DNA of 61,583 nucleotides, filler included, from Trichosphaerium sp. ATCC 40318 (Eukaryota; Protista; Tubulinea), in the NCBI GenBank assembly GCA_038496445.1. It is 3 parts of 3 records of this genome, joined end to end, with 100 filler letters (N's around TTAATTAATTAA, not from the genome) between each part and the next. Parts side by side here need not be neighbours in the genome. Positions count along the whole stretch, not along the records: positions 1 to 24,231 come from JALMLS010000526.1; 2 more parts are not named here. One strand, 5' to 3'. The notes beneath the pieces are model-generated. The model was not told the origin of the DNA, did no database searches, and worked only from the letters and a program-made list of their open reading frames with translations. Positions within the stretch are counted from its first letter, which is position 1, and each line of letters starts with the position of its first letter. Of the stretch, positions 10,908-24,331 are shown one piece after another. The position numbers were made by a program, and so were the translations under genes.

Positions 10908-11973
10908 CAGTGGTGGAATCGGACAGAACACAAATCGCACATTTTGGGCACGTTTTGGGCACGTTTATTTTCCACACAAAAGACACGTTTCTCTTCCACA
11001 TGCTAGCCACGCAAATTGCACATTTTGGACACGTTTTGGGCACGTTTATTATCTACGTTTTGGGCATGTTTTAGGCACGTTTATTTGCACGTTTTGGGCA
11101 CGTTTTGGGCATGCATATTTGCCACGCATATCACACGTTTTGAGCACGCATAAAACACCACTTTATAGAAGAAAAGAAAATAACAGTTTATTACGATACA
11201 TAACACATAACGATTACAAAGAGGTTTGGTACAATTATTACAAACTTTACATAAAACTATCCCCACATAAACGATACCCAGTTTATATCAACCAACTTCA
11301 TGTTTTTGCCATTTTACCTGCTTTTTTCACCAATCCTGCCTTATTGTAAATACTTAAGCAAGAACTTACCTAATTAGGCAAAAAATCTCAAATCCAATAA
11401 TCGTCTTTAAAAAGGGGGTTAATGGAGTTATTGAGCCATAATATCCTTAAACTACCCTAAATATCTATTTTCTATCATTTTTGCCTTAAAAAGGGGCACC
11501 AAACCCCAAACCACCACGAAACCATGCTTCGTACCTAATAGTGGGCCATACTTCGTTTTTTAAAGGATTCGTACTAGTAGACCTGAGTTATTCACAAAAA
11601 ATAGGAAAATCAAGAAATTGTTGGTTTTTGGGTATTTTTAGATTTTTTCGCCTACTTTTAGAGCCATGCCAATACAAACCTAACTACTGCTTACTTGGGT
11701 GAAAATACATGTTTTATTGTTGACGATCGGAGGCGATCGGCTTTGGGGTGAGATGGTTGAGTTTTGAGTTTGTCAATTTTTTTATTTTGAATTTTTCTCC
11801 AAATTTCTATTAAGGACAGGTCATGGTTAAAACACGCAAATGGCACGTTTTGAGCACGTTTATTGCAAATATACAACACGCGAATGGCACGTTTTGGACA
11901 CGTTTTGGGCACGTTTATTTTCCACGCAAATGGCACGTTTTAGGCACGCATATTTTGTCCGATTCCACCACTG
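10908..11973. mobile_element. Non-autonomous TIR DNA transposon (MITE, hAT-like CAG ends) with subterminal GCACGTTTTGG repeats
   Basis: 18-bp perfect TIR cagtggtggaatcggaca (10908-10925) / tgtccgattccaccactg (11956-11973); many gcacgtttt(g/a)g copies near both ends; no real ORF; no TSD seen. Confidence 0.8.
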
Positions 11974-12094
11974 TTGTGAATATCAAAACAGGAGCCAATG
12001 GAAAAAGTAGTTATTGGCTTGTTAATACTTTTTTATACACTTTTGCTAATTAATGAGGCAATCATGTGAATATGTAACCAAAAGTAAAATAAAT

Positions 12095-12250
12095 GTAGCA
12101 TTGGGTATATTTTGGTACAATGTGTGGTTTTATGGTGGTTTGGAGATCATCATTTTTAGACAAAAACAACAGAAAATATGTATTTGAGCAGTTTAAGGAT
12201 ACTATAGCCTAATAACTCTATTAAACCACTTTTTACAGGTGATTATGGGT
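12095..12250 (-). repeat. Diverged inverted copy of MITE internal segment ~11395-11550
   Basis: Reverse complement aaaaagtggtttaatagagttattaggctatagtatccttaaactg...ccaaaccacca aligns with aaaaagggggttaatggagttattgagccataatatccttaaacta...ccaaaccacca. Confidence 0.7.
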
Positions 12251-12386
12251 TCCAAGCATTTTTTTGAACTCAGCTAGATTGTACTAAGGCAAGGAAAAGC
12301 AAATAATTTGAATGTATATAAAGTAAATTAAAATAACAAATTATTCATCAAAGAACTGTATTATAGTACAAAACAACAACAAAAGG

Positions 12387-14545
12387 CTAACGAATCTGCA
12401 TGTGTACATCACAAGAAAAGCTAGCACGGCCAGCAATGATTTTGTTGATCTGCTTGGCATATGTTCGACAATCTAAACCTATGTTATCATTCAACTGTAT
12501 GCTGCACCGCAGCCAAGAACCAATGCGCTTCAATGTGCCATATATTAAGTTAACCATAAAAAACCCATTCAAAACATTAGCCAATACAAGCACCATGTAT
12601 ATACCTGTGCATAGAATTGGATTAAAACGACATATTACCACAGGCAAACAAATGCGCACCAATTTTGAGAACAACCTCATCACGGATACTGGTTGCAACA
12701 CGTGCTGTGATGAGCCAAACAACAGCGTACATATAGTATGTGACAGCATAAACAACCACATTAATGAGCATCATATACCACACCTCTAAAAACAGCGACG
12801 AGATTAACACAAATGACGTGATTTGTAGTAGTGTACCTCTGAAATATATGAGGAATATTCGAATTTGCTATTTCCCATAAGGTTAAAATAAATTATACTG
12901 TATAGTATGCTAGTCGAGATATTGTACCTTTGCCTCAAGCTTTGGCATTTGTTTGAAGCCTCTATGTAATGTAGTAATGCCTTGATTAACCATACTAGAG
13001 TAAGAGGACAAATATTGGTGTACTACAACGTTGAATATGAGCTGCAATAATCCAAGTTAGTGGACCTGACCAAATCAACATACTCCTGTTAATAACGTAC
13101 CAGCCACATGTCCACAGTTACGTCCATGCCACTCTCTTCAATTGCATTGAGATGAACCAATACGAGTAAAAAGATAACGGTGAGATTATAGATGAACATG
13201 AGCAACGAATACTACCAAAAAGAAGTTAAGTTTTTGTGTGGGCTACAGCTTTATGTAGATTAAAGTAACTCGCGGTAGGTACCATTATAGCAAGCACATG
13301 ATACGTCCACCAATAACCGACAGGCTCTGCCCTGTGCAGCTGGAGTGTAAACATGATGACGAATTTAATGTAGAGAATAGTATCCAAAACAAGGAGGACG
13401 ATGGAATCGTAGTCAAATAAATCGCCCTTAAAAAAAAAAGATGAGTGCATGATGCATAGAAAGAAAAGAAGCTCACAGTATCATTAACAAAGAATTCAGC
13501 GTTTACAAGAAAGCCATCTATTATAACAGAAGGAATGAATACAAATCTACACAGTTGGTTACATCTCTGCCAGTAGCATAAAACAAAGAAAGCTAGAATA
13601 AAATATAAAGCTAGATGGATGTGTAGGTACCCTTCTAGTAGCTCTAGCCAATCAGGTCGCAATCCCAAGTACACTGTAATACGCCTAGATTAAGGATTAG
13701 TGCTTAGCGCCATGGGTGATATAAAAGATAAGAAGTGGTTTCGCGTGCATTTTGATGTTGGTGAATTTATATTCCAACAAATAGCCAGCAATCAACAACA
13801 GGTATTTTAGCCCCACATTAATGACGTAGAACGCTATGCGTATAGCGCCAATGTCCAAGCCTCGCCATTCAGCCTCTAACCACAAACTTTAATAACAACA
13901 ACATGTAAAGTCACAAGCTGTTGCAGTGTACCTGTTCGCTGCTCTAACGAGATGATCCCCACTATGGTAAAAACTATTGACAAGTTATGCTAAATACCGT
14001 TTTCGATGCAAACGCGCACCCAATGAGATAAGCTCTAAAGCAAGTTAATCAGTTTGAAGTGGAGGGTGTACAGTAAGACAAGCGTGCCTATGAGAATGAA
14101 CTGAAAGAAGATTTTAACCCAGAGCTTCCAGCCTGTGAGCTTCTCCTCCTACAGCTTCATTAGTCACCAAGGTAATTGTACAGTGCACGTGTCACGCGTA
14201 ATTTTTGCCACACGTGCGTGCGTAAAATAGTGGTTATGAGCACTTCACGTGCTGTGACAAAACAAATGCAGTAACATCAAAAAAACCGTTAGACTGTACC
14301 GATTTTTGCTTGTATGTTTTTAGAGATCGTAAATACCGATTTCTACACGTCGTGTCAACAAAAGGGGAGGAAATGAGATTGGCAAACGCCTACCTTAGCC
14401 ATAGAAACAGTAGAAAGCCGCCAAGAGCCAACAAGAGTACTACCACTACCGCCTAGAGAAATGTTGTGCGCTAGTACAAATTAATTACGTACTATGGCGA
14501 CACCTGTCACTAGCTTATCTTCTGCCTTGTTAGCTGACGCTGATG
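12387..14545 (-). CDS. Multi-pass membrane protein of unknown family (many exons; start uncertain)
   Basis: Successive GT-AG-bounded hydrophobic exons: AVVVVLLLALGGFLLFLWL, WVKIFFQFILIGTLVLL, IHLALYFILAFFVLCYW, YWWTYHVLAIM, WYMMLINVVVYAVTYYMY. Confidence 0.6.
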
Positions 14546-15039
14546 CAGTGTTAGTCTATTTAACGCGGAACAACATCTAAAACAGCCAAAAAGGATCAAC
14601 AATACATCCTGTTCTACCAGGTAATGTAACTTGCGTTACGGCGCAGTAAAGCGGCAGTAAATTTGAAAAAAATTGCCAAAAAGGTTTTGTTTGTGTGGCA
14701 ATTCGGAAAAACCTGTCTACAGTAACACCAAATCACGTACGAGCTACGGTTTGCGAAAATACGCCACAAACGAAAACAATCAGACACACCCACCTCAAAA
14801 ATGTACCCATACTCCCTGCGATGCTGTTTTGTACGTAATGTAGGTATTTTAAAGCAGTGCCAATGAATGACCAGAAAATATTGTTAAGCCATCCAATTCG
14901 GGAGGAAAAACTTGTCTGCCCTGGTACGCGACGTTGTGGGATACTATTGCGTGTTCATATGACGTAGATACGGTCGGTTATAACAACGTTAAATTTTATT
15001 AACAACAAACATACTCACAATGTACAACCGCACGCGGGT

Positions 15040-16805
15040 TTAGTTGTAATCGCATATTGCCACTTGTGAACATAGATTAGGTGGATTTTCCTAGGATTAG
15101 TTTAGCTAACTTGGTCTTGCAAACAACAAAACAAAATGCAAAATGGTTTAAACACATTCACCATACCCGTCGTGAGATAAACTCAATCAACTGTGGCGTG
15201 TACACTGACACAAAGTTGACACACTAGAAAAAAAAGAGGGTGAGCTCGTTGAGAAGTGTAATTATTGCGTACTGTTTCGATGTAATCGGATGGCAGAAAC
15301 GTGCACAAATTCTCTACAAACGAAGATAACTCAGAGACTGTAGTATTCTCAGTAGCGAAGGCTTCAATTGCGCTAATCACCCACATGCAGAACTGACAAG
15401 CTTGGTGCGGATCAGGAGAGCTATTTAACCAGATATCAGATATACGTCAATTGCACAACAAGACAACGGTCGTAGCACGCACGCAGTTAGGGGATTTGTC
15501 TTTACAATGTGTGTGATTTGTTTTGCCAACAATGGGTTGCTGTAATGTGAAATGAGAATGACAACCTATTTAATCCAAGGGCAAGGCAGTTATATATAAA
15601 CTTACATTGTCGGCTTAGGTTTGATGACTGGTTGTTGTTGTTGTTGTACTTGCTCTTTTGGCTGTTCTTTAATCTGTTGCTTGTCATCATCGTCGTCTGT
15701 CCACTCAAAATCAAACTTCTAACGGATTGTAAATGGGTGCATGCACATTGCCAAGTATTTAACTGGGTGGGAGACTGGTTTAATAAATACGTACAAAATG
15801 GAAGTTGCGCTTTTGACTGCTTTCGTCGCTGATGCTTCTCTTAGTTTTGTCGGTGTGTCCAAGTCTTTCTTTGTGATGGTGTAGCAGTATTGACCCAAGC
15901 TAAATCCAATAAACTTTAATTATGTAACAATTTGCACGTGTAATGTAAGCTGTATTGCATGCATGAACGCTCACCTTTTTATGGCACGTGCCCAATAAAG
16001 TGCAAATAGTGGATGGTGAGTACTTGCTCTGTAAGTACTTAACAATTTGTGGTTCGTTGGCATCGATTACGGAGCGACACTAGGTGCCTGCGTTAGTACG
16101 TATCCGTTACAGAGTTGGCTTCGATTTGGGCATACTTGGTCCTCTTCGCCAAGCGGCTTGAATATTACACAAGCACTGTCCAGTAGCTTTTCGATCTCAT
16201 GTTGTGTTGCCTCTTTGTCCAATTCCGAATACAAGAAATCAAAGAGCATGCTGCAGACTAAGATAGGAGTTAATTCAACATGCAACGAGAAAAAATGTAA
16301 AAACACCTTCACATTCTACACCGCCATTCGCTTGAACGGATTTAATTGGGCAAACATCTACCTAGGTAGCTGATTACTTATTGCATTAAAGCGTGTGAGA
16401 GCGCATACCTTGGCACACACGCTTTGAGGGGCCATGTCGGTTACTACTAATTCCAATAGGCGGGGAAGGTTGGCAGCAACGAATTGGGAGCACTGCAGCG
16501 CGTTGTGAGACGTGTTGATTTAGAATGTAAAACGCCAACAAATTTTCGTGGCGGCTCAAAACTGCGTACTTTTGCGCTCTCACTACCGAGGAGATCACAC
16601 GCGGCGTCAAAGAGTTGAGCAATGGTATGTTGCGTCGATTTGTCTTCAAGAGAGTTATCTACCCATGCGACTGCTAATTTACATACTGCATTGCATTAGC
16701 AAAAATGTAGTTAAATGTTTACATACTATCACACTCCACCGTTTGCGTTTGCGCCAATAGTGTACAAAACCCAAGAATTACCAACAGTACTGTTGCGTGC
16801 TTCAT
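15040..16805 (-). CDS. Prosaposin-like protein with about three saposin-B domains
   Basis: Signal peptide MKHATVLLVILGFCTLLAQ; SapB patterns CKLAVAWVDNSL...FDAACDLL, CSMLFDFLYSEL...LDSACVIF, CQFCMWVISAIE...VENLCTFLP, ending PPNLCSQVAICDYN*. Confidence 0.85.
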
Positions 16806-17421
16806 GCCGGCTTACAATTTATGGTCAAGTGTTGTAAAGCAAAAAAAAAACAAAATAGAAGCTCGGAACACTTTGTAATCATATGCAGATACCTTAAGCA
16901 GGCAGCAGGCTATTACTATTCCATGTAAGCATATAGCTAAGGAATGAATTTCTTCACCGCTTCGAGTAACATCAGCGGGATGCGACTTTTAAATTGAGCA
17001 AAACAAACAAAAAATTTATTGTGGGCGGGTCAGTTCTTTGCGAAAGTACTCCCTGGGCCACTAAACTGCGTTCTTGAGGCGTTCTCAAAACAGGTTTTTT
17101 AGTAATAATTTTTTTTGATTGTAGGGACATAAAAACGATATCAATATACCTAGGGCATTTGCTGTACTATGTTATAGGCGCACAAAGCAAACTACACGCG
17201 TACAACCCTCTTGTATACGAACAAGCAATAAAATAGCGTAATAATGTAATTTGTAGTTACTGTACGCGTATGTTGGTTGCACACACCCCAAAAAGTGATA
17301 CATTGCCCACTTCAACGCTATAGAGAACAGTGATTGCGTGTCCGTTTAGTACAGGCATTAGTGAGTATCAGGAGAGGAGAAGGCGACATTTGAAAAGATT
17401 TTGACTTAGTTTACACCAGAA

Positions 17422-17701
17422 ATGGCGGACATAGCGCAAGACGAAGCAGCCAAACGTAGGCAGCAAACTGCTCGAATTAATGATTGTATAAGTAGAATCT
17501 CGTATTGGTGGACAATTGGAGGCGTTGCATTAACTGCACCTATAGCGTACTATACAAGTGCGCCTGTTGTACTAAAAATTGAGGTAACTAACGCAAAATT
17601 CAGAGAGCGTTATACCGCTTGTTCTAGGCTTTACTACAACGACAGCTATCGAATTGTACCAGGGATACGACTGTAGAACTCGCGAGCAGGAAGAAATGTA
17701 A
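17422..17701 (+). CDS. Small two-TM protein, unknown function (two exons)
   Basis: MADIAQDEAAKRRQQ...WWTIGGVALTAPIAYYT / SVIPLVLGFTTTTAIELYQGYDCRTREQEEM* after removing one GT-AG intron. Confidence 0.55.
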
Positions 17702-17808
17702 CTGCTCCTACTCAAGGTTGGTTTTTTTTTTACACGAGTTTTTAACGTGGTACGTGCTAAACGCAGAATTATGGTTGTATCAATATCTTATTATGTACAT
17801 ATAGTCAA

Positions 17809-18835
17809 TTAACAAGCGCAAACAGAGTCATCATCGGCTGGCTTGACTTCTTTCGGATCCTTCTCGCCAAGTGGGAATGACGCCAAGTCGGGCTCTTCTG
17901 CAGGTTTCATTTGACTTTTGACTGTGCTGTGTCTGTGATAAATATCTATACGAAAACACGCATGGTTTAGTTGTACAATTACTACAAGGTGAATGCGTCG
18001 TGCCTGTCAGTAATTGCTTAAACGCATTCTCTACATTAGTAGATTCCAGTGCTGAGGTCTCGATGCAATTTAGACCGTTCTCTTTGGCGAAATCCAGTGC
18101 CTCTTTCTCCGTGCATTCGCGTAAATGACCCAAGTCTTTCTGCAAGTAGTGGTTATTCGTCAGTTGGTAAATTATACTGGTTGCAACACCAACCACAACA
18201 ATGTGACGCACCTTGTTTGCTACCAGTACGATGTTCATATCGTTGGGGCAATTTGCACGCAGTTCTTTTAGCCAGTCTTGGCAGTGGTTGAACGTGTCGC
18301 GGTTGGTAATGTCAAATACCAAGAGAGCACCAAGAGCGCCGCGATAATATCTATAAAGCAATCATGTCAAAAAAACCCAAGGTTCCAGAATTGGCATTAT
18401 TTTTCTAGGTGCAAAGCAGGCTGGTGGTAGTGAAGCGTACGCGTTTGTAATTGCTCTGTATCTCTCTGTGATTATATAGGTTTAGAACTGGTCCAAAGGA
18501 GAATAAGCGTTAGGTTCGCGTACCTTGACCTGCTGTATCCCATATTTGTGCTTTTATCCTTTTGTTTTCAACTTCGATTGTGCGGTTGGCGAACTCGACG
18601 CCTATGGTGGATCTAGTCTCCAAATTGAATTCGTTCTTTGTAAAGCCTATAAGAGGTTGGATTGATTCGTTGTAAAAAAAGAATAAAATACAGCAAAATT
18701 ATGTACGGGACAAAAGATTGGACTTTCCAACTGCGCTATCGCCAATGAGCACTACTACGCAAGGAGTGAGGACAATATTTGAGCTACAAACGTATTTTTA
18801 CTTTTAAACAAGTAGTCGTATTCAGATCCAGCCAT
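17809..18835 (-). CDS. RAB11: Rab11-family GTPase
   Basis: [46 protein letters not shown]...[33 protein letters not shown]...ETSAL; C-terminal CAC prenylation motif. Confidence 0.95.
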
Positions 18836-19163
18836 GTTTATCGTTGGTACGTGCAATCGAAGTAATGGATAAGTCGGAAATCTAAGTCTCCTCGCGTTCA
18901 GTTCGCGTTGACCTTTAGTTGCTGTGAAGGCCGCGTACACGTCACAGTGAAGCAGGTAATGCGTCAACGGTATTGATCAGCTCTACATTAAATGGAGGTA
19001 CGTTCCAAAGTATTGGATGTGAAAACGTAACCCCAACACAAGGGTGAAGAACCATACGGCGATAGCGCCAAACGCAAGGTACGCGATGCTCTAGTTAAAA
19101 GCGACTGTGAGAATTTTAAATTATCTGATTCTACAGCCTTTTACGCTATCAAATCGATACACA

Positions 19164-22100
19164 ATGCCTACCAAGAGTGTTTTGGCAGTTTTAGCATCTC
19201 TTTTTTAACGCATACTTCGCTGCCATTTTGTAGGCGCCGCAAGAACAATTAAATGGACCGCCGGCGAAGAAACAACGCACCAACAAGGGTAGGTGTCATC
19301 TCCAAGCAATTTTGGTTGTGTGCAGAATAATTAACATTCCTTTTACAGCGGCACACCCACATTTTAGGCTGAATGATATGTTTGAGAGGAACGATGCATT
19401 GATGGATAAGTACGAGGGTCGTGAATTAAAGGATCTTAAAGTGCGCGCTAATAACAAGACTCTTCAAATTTCCTTTTTGTGGACCTCTGGACATCACGTA
19501 TATCTACCACGCGGTACCCTTATGCAGACTAGAACGAGCTTTCAGTTGAAGATTGGTATCAGCTGAGTATTCAACGTGTTATGCGCCCAGACTATCGAAA
19601 GACGAAAGAAAAAACGCTGAGCCAAGCAAGAAAAACTGAAATTTTGACTTATGACAAAGAGATGTCTATGATACTTCATGCCACTGGACACCCTGCTCTA
19701 ACACCTACTGAGTGTGCCACATTACTGGAGGAGGTGACGCAGTCGCACAGTTTGAATGATTTTCTTATAGTAATTCCTTTTAGGAAGCTAGAAACTATGT
19801 CAGAGCGCTATTAGCGAAAGCGTATGAAGTGTTACATGGCACACCTTTCAAATTCCGAAAGTTTATTCTTTCTCCGAAGTCCAAGGCCAAGAGAGTTGCC
19901 CCACCTACCCCACCCACCAATACTACTAAAGCAGCTACCAAAGTAATCACTACACAACCGGTTTCCGCCCCAGAATCAGCTTTACCGGTTAGGTATTCCA
20001 GATGGAATAGGGTCAAGAGAGCGGATCTCCCACTTGCTATACGGCTACCAAGAGTTGTTGTTGACAACTACCTTCGCATGGTTAACCTTTATTCTCAAGT
20101 AAGACAGACTTGATACAAACAAAAGCAACTATTGCTGACGTGTAAATATAAATATCTCAAGTGATTCCCTGTCTAGGTCTGCGATATTTGCAAGAAGGGA
20201 GACGATGACCCTAAGATGCTACTATGTGATAACTGCGATAAGGGGTGCCACATCTACTGCTTGATCCCACCTCTAGCTGATATACCGACAGGGCAGTGGT
20301 TTTGCCCAGATTGTCAACAGAAAGTGGTACGATAACCAAGCGCTCCTTTTTGAAGTAAGAGATTGACATGGCGATTAGGCAAAGCGAATACAGCCGCCAC
20401 AGCATCAGCAACAGCGACAGCAGAAACCAGTGGGTGGAGCGATCACGCCTACAGCCACAGCCACAGGCACACATACGCAAAACGTTCTGGGTGTTCCTCC
20501 GGCTGTTTCAGCACCCAATCCGATATCAGGCTATACCTCTACAATCAATGGCGGCGTGGGCTTGCAAACCCCCTCAAATGCCGCTCAAGTCAACACAGAG
20601 AGCCCCAGTAGCACACAGAACGTGCCTTTAAATATGCCCACAAATGTCAGCGTTTCTAGCATGCTTTCACCTTCGCAACTGTCTCATCCATCTCATATAC
20701 CATCTGTGAACCCTGGTTTATCTCGTTTTACTGCTACAGGAGGAGATATCTCTACGTCTCAATCAGCGATTACAGATGCTACCAGTGGAAGCAATAGCAC
20801 TGTGCAATCCAACGTCAGTATTCAACCAATCAAGTCGGCGACCAATGACAGTGTGTTCACAAAAGTGGAAGGGAATGGCAAAAAGCAAACTTCACCACCT
20901 TCACTCCTCATGTTTTTGAACCAGCGAGCGGCACAAGCATCGCAATCATTAGCACAAGCAACAACAGCTAATGCGAATGTGAAGAAAGCAACTTCTCTGC
21001 CTCCTTTAAGAACTTCTCTACCTCCTTTAAAGTCTGCTAAGCCTTTGCCAAATATAGTCGGTAATGGTGTATCACAAACATCGCATGCATCAACGGTTGC
21101 ACTTTCAATCACACCAGCTTACACGTCCACGGATGCACCACCGGAAATAGCATTAACAACCAAAGCCATTGATGATGTTGCACCCAAACAAACGCATACA
21201 CCAATACCAACTATGGCCACACCCACACCAACTGCCCCTACACCCATGCAAATAGACAGTGTAGGAGATATACTGACAGATGGACCAACAGCCGCCCCAA
21301 CATATACCTCAACAACAGGACTGTCGAGCACACCCGCGTTTATGTCAGGTCAAGCTCCACCAGCAATGCCAGCGCCCCAAAAAGTGATTAAAACATCACC
21401 TGTTACTACACCACCACCAGCATTTACGCCAGCACCTGTAACGACCCCAACGCCAATGTCTATATCTCCAATGATAGTCCCTAATCCTCCTACAGTTCCT
21501 CCTCAATCCAGCGTAAAAGGGCTTGGACCGACAAATGTTCCAGTACCTCCACCTGCACCTATGCAAATAGATAATGTAATAGGTGCTCCAAGAGACGTGT
21601 TAACTGGCACGACACCTGCTGCGCCTACAGCCTCTCTTTCGGGTGTACCCACATTTACACCAACAACACATGCTCCGCCGACAACACCAGCAACTACAAC
21701 AGCCATCACGCCCGCACATCCCTCTACTTCCACAACAGCAACGCCAACGTCTATATCTCCAGTGGTTGTCCCAAAGTCTCCTCCTAAACCTGTCATGTCG
21801 CCTGTTAAATCAGCACCAACAACACAACCAATACCCAAGGAAGATCCCATGGAAATTTCTTCGTTGCTTGGTGCCAACACTGCTCCTCCTCCTCCGAAGC
21901 GCAAAACTCATACCAAGGCTCCTCGGCAGTACACAGGAGTTAAGATGACGTTGGATATTGTAGCAGAGGCGCTATGGCCAAATGAGCGCCGGATCAGACA
22001 GGTACCCAACCTATGCTTGTGCTCCTCACTAACACAGTCAACTCTACAGCTGGAGTACATAGTGGCCTTTACAAAACATCACAAACGGCTCAAAAAGGAT

Positions 22101-22835
22101 AAAAAACTGGCGTCAAAATCTGTAGAAGCGGCTACCACTACAACAGACTGTACGTTTCTGGCTTCATTGTTGCTTTGCATACGCTTACTGCCACGTTTTG
22201 CCAGTAGACGAAGATGAGGAAGACGACGATTTGGTTGACTCTCTAAACACGGACACAATAGGTTAGTTTTATTGTAACTGCTGTAAAAACTGACTTGTTG
22301 CCATAGAGACAGATAACGGCACAGGTGAAATCTTCTATGAAAAAGCGAGTACTTGGCATCCTCAACCATCTCAAGGGTAAGAAACCTTTTATGCATAGAA
22401 GCAATTAACTACTCTGTGTGACATTTTAACAGGGTTATCAATTTAACCATCAAAAGCATACATCAAGAAAGATTCCAAAGATTACAACACAGGTACCTGT
22501 CTACACGCCCTGTTTACGCACCTGATCTGAGAATTAGGGAATCCAAGTGCAGGACAATGTCCCATGACGCCTATCTGTATTTTTCCAAGTGCGCAGGGTC
22601 GTCCATTGCTCGAAGGATATCCAAGTTTCAAAAGTGGATGAAAAAGTGGTGTGGATACACATTAGCCATGTCGAACAAGCTCAAACTCAGTCGTGAGATG
22701 TACGGATACGTGGCTCACTTGACGAATCTACACATTGAGGATCTTGCCAAAAACGCCTTGGCTTTAACACCCAAATTGAGCGTCTTGCAAGCCGTAAAAC
22801 ACGTCTTGGAACAGAGTGGCACGAAACCAGTTTGA
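19164..22835 (+). CDS. Spt3/TAF13-like double histone-fold protein with inserted PHD finger and long Pro/Thr-rich region (5' exons uncertain)
   Basis: [15 protein letters not shown]...[24 protein letters not shown] (Spt3 N histone fold); [48 protein letters not shown] (~20177-20315); [23 protein letters not shown]; C-terminal [25 protein letters not shown]...[20 protein letters not shown] (Spt3 C fold). Confidence 0.7.
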
Positions 22836-23120
22836 ACTCTACCAAGCCTATTTTTTTTTTGTACAACTACGTAGTGCCTGACGACAGTCTTCTAAATTAA
22901 ATACAAAAACAACGTCAAGACACTCAAATCCGAGTCACATTTGTGCTTTTTTTTCTTAATAGAATCTTGATCGCGCCGATGCACATGTGCTTATATTCAG
23001 AAATTGCGATTCGCACGTGCTGACTCGAAATTGCGGTATTTTGGTGAGTTGGTTAATAATAGTTTTAACTGATCGCTAATAAGGAAATGTACTGACCTAG
23101 CTTGCGTGGTATTATTCGTA

Positions 23121-23806
23121 CTAGCGGTGTAACATACACAAAGAGTAAAATAACAGGTTTTTAGTTATTTTTTCTAACTTTTTTGTTAAATATTGTTTCA
23201 AGGCTTTAGCGTGTCTTCTATGTAAACGTTTGAGGGATCCACCATAGGCAGCACGTCTTGCTATTGTACAAAATTCTTGAAAGGCCGGTACAAAAATCGT
23301 CTGTAATATCATGTATACGTCTGGTGGTAACTAAACCGCTGTATCACCCCTCAAAGTACTTTGAGCATTAAGTTTCTATCTAACAGAAAAACTAAAATTT
23401 GAAAAAAAAAAAAACTAAAACGGATTATTACCTGTGATGGAGGAATGTAAACAGCATTTTCTTCTGCATACCAGCTTGCGTTACAGTTTGAAAATCAGCG
23501 TTTGTCCAATCTGGATTAAAACCGTCTGGTAGAGGCTGTCGCCGCATGTAGTCCTCTGTTACATCCAATTGTACCAGAAAATCTCTAACAGTCCCATTTT
23601 TGGGACATCGTAGGTATTTACAACGCCAACAAACTTTTTTGCTACAACAAGTGGTCTGCCAGGTGCCTGACGTGAAGTGGTTGGTATAATTTTCACACGA
23701 GAAAAGAAAGTGTCGTTTGATCGCACGAGCTACCACTACGAATATCTTGTGCGCACGTACCTGTACGAACTGTTATGGTGTATCCAGTTGGCTTGGAATT
23801 GCCCAT
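23121..23806 (-). CDS. Hypothetical small protein, possible N-myristoylation (MGNSKP); boundaries uncertain
   Basis: ATG exon MGNSKPTGYTITVRT followed by a GTACGT donor and an open exon at 23428-23670. Confidence 0.35.
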
Positions 23807-23975
23807 GTAAAGCGAAACGGTAGTGTGTTGTTATCGATGTATATTATGCAAATTGACGAGAATTGATCCAATTCAATAAACCGGTAAAAAAACACAATGG
23901 TTTTTAGATTGGGTTCTTTTATTGCTACAAAAACTGTTGTGTTGCTAGAGCTGCAGGCAAAATGTTGTATGGCTT

Positions 23976-24198
23976 TTAGTCTTTAATGCTTGTGAGCCAA
24001 TCCCCAACCGCTTGGTAGTCTACTTGTCCATTCTTATTGAAGTCTACGGCATCGATAAACTCGTCAGCCTAATAGGTAATTGTTATTTTTTTGATACTTG
24101 GCGTTTTTAATATTATTTATTCTACCTCTTCACGTGTCATCTTGGCTCCATTGGTCATTACAACGACGCGTAAATCTTCAATTGAAAGCGAGCCGGTC
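23976..24198 (-). CDS. Calmodulin/myosin light chain-like EF-hand protein, 3' part (5' end lost in gap)
   Basis: TGSLSIEDLRVVVMTNGAKMTREE/ADEFIDAVDFNKNGQVDYQAVGDWLTSIKD* matches a CaM C-lobe pattern. Confidence 0.85.
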
Positions 24199-24231
24199 TA
24201 TTACATTTAATAACGCGAGATTAGTTATATA

Positions 24232-24331
24232 NNNNNNNNNNNNNNNNNNNNNNNNNNNNNNNNNNNNNNNNNNNNTTAATTAATTAANNNNNNNNNNNNN
24301 NNNNNNNNNNNNNNNNNNNNNNNNNNNNNNN
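24232..24331. other. Artificial contig-joining spacer
   Basis: 100-nt N block with central TTAATTAATTAA (stops in all six frames). Confidence 0.95.

Noticed and set aside
10742-12053. ORFs with FWARFGHVY / HVLGT repeats
   Set aside because: Translations of the MITE subterminal DNA repeats.
24232-24331. TTAATTAATTAA palindrome within Ns (also 55963-56062)
   Set aside because: Artificial scaffold linker; adjacency across these gaps is not biological evidence.
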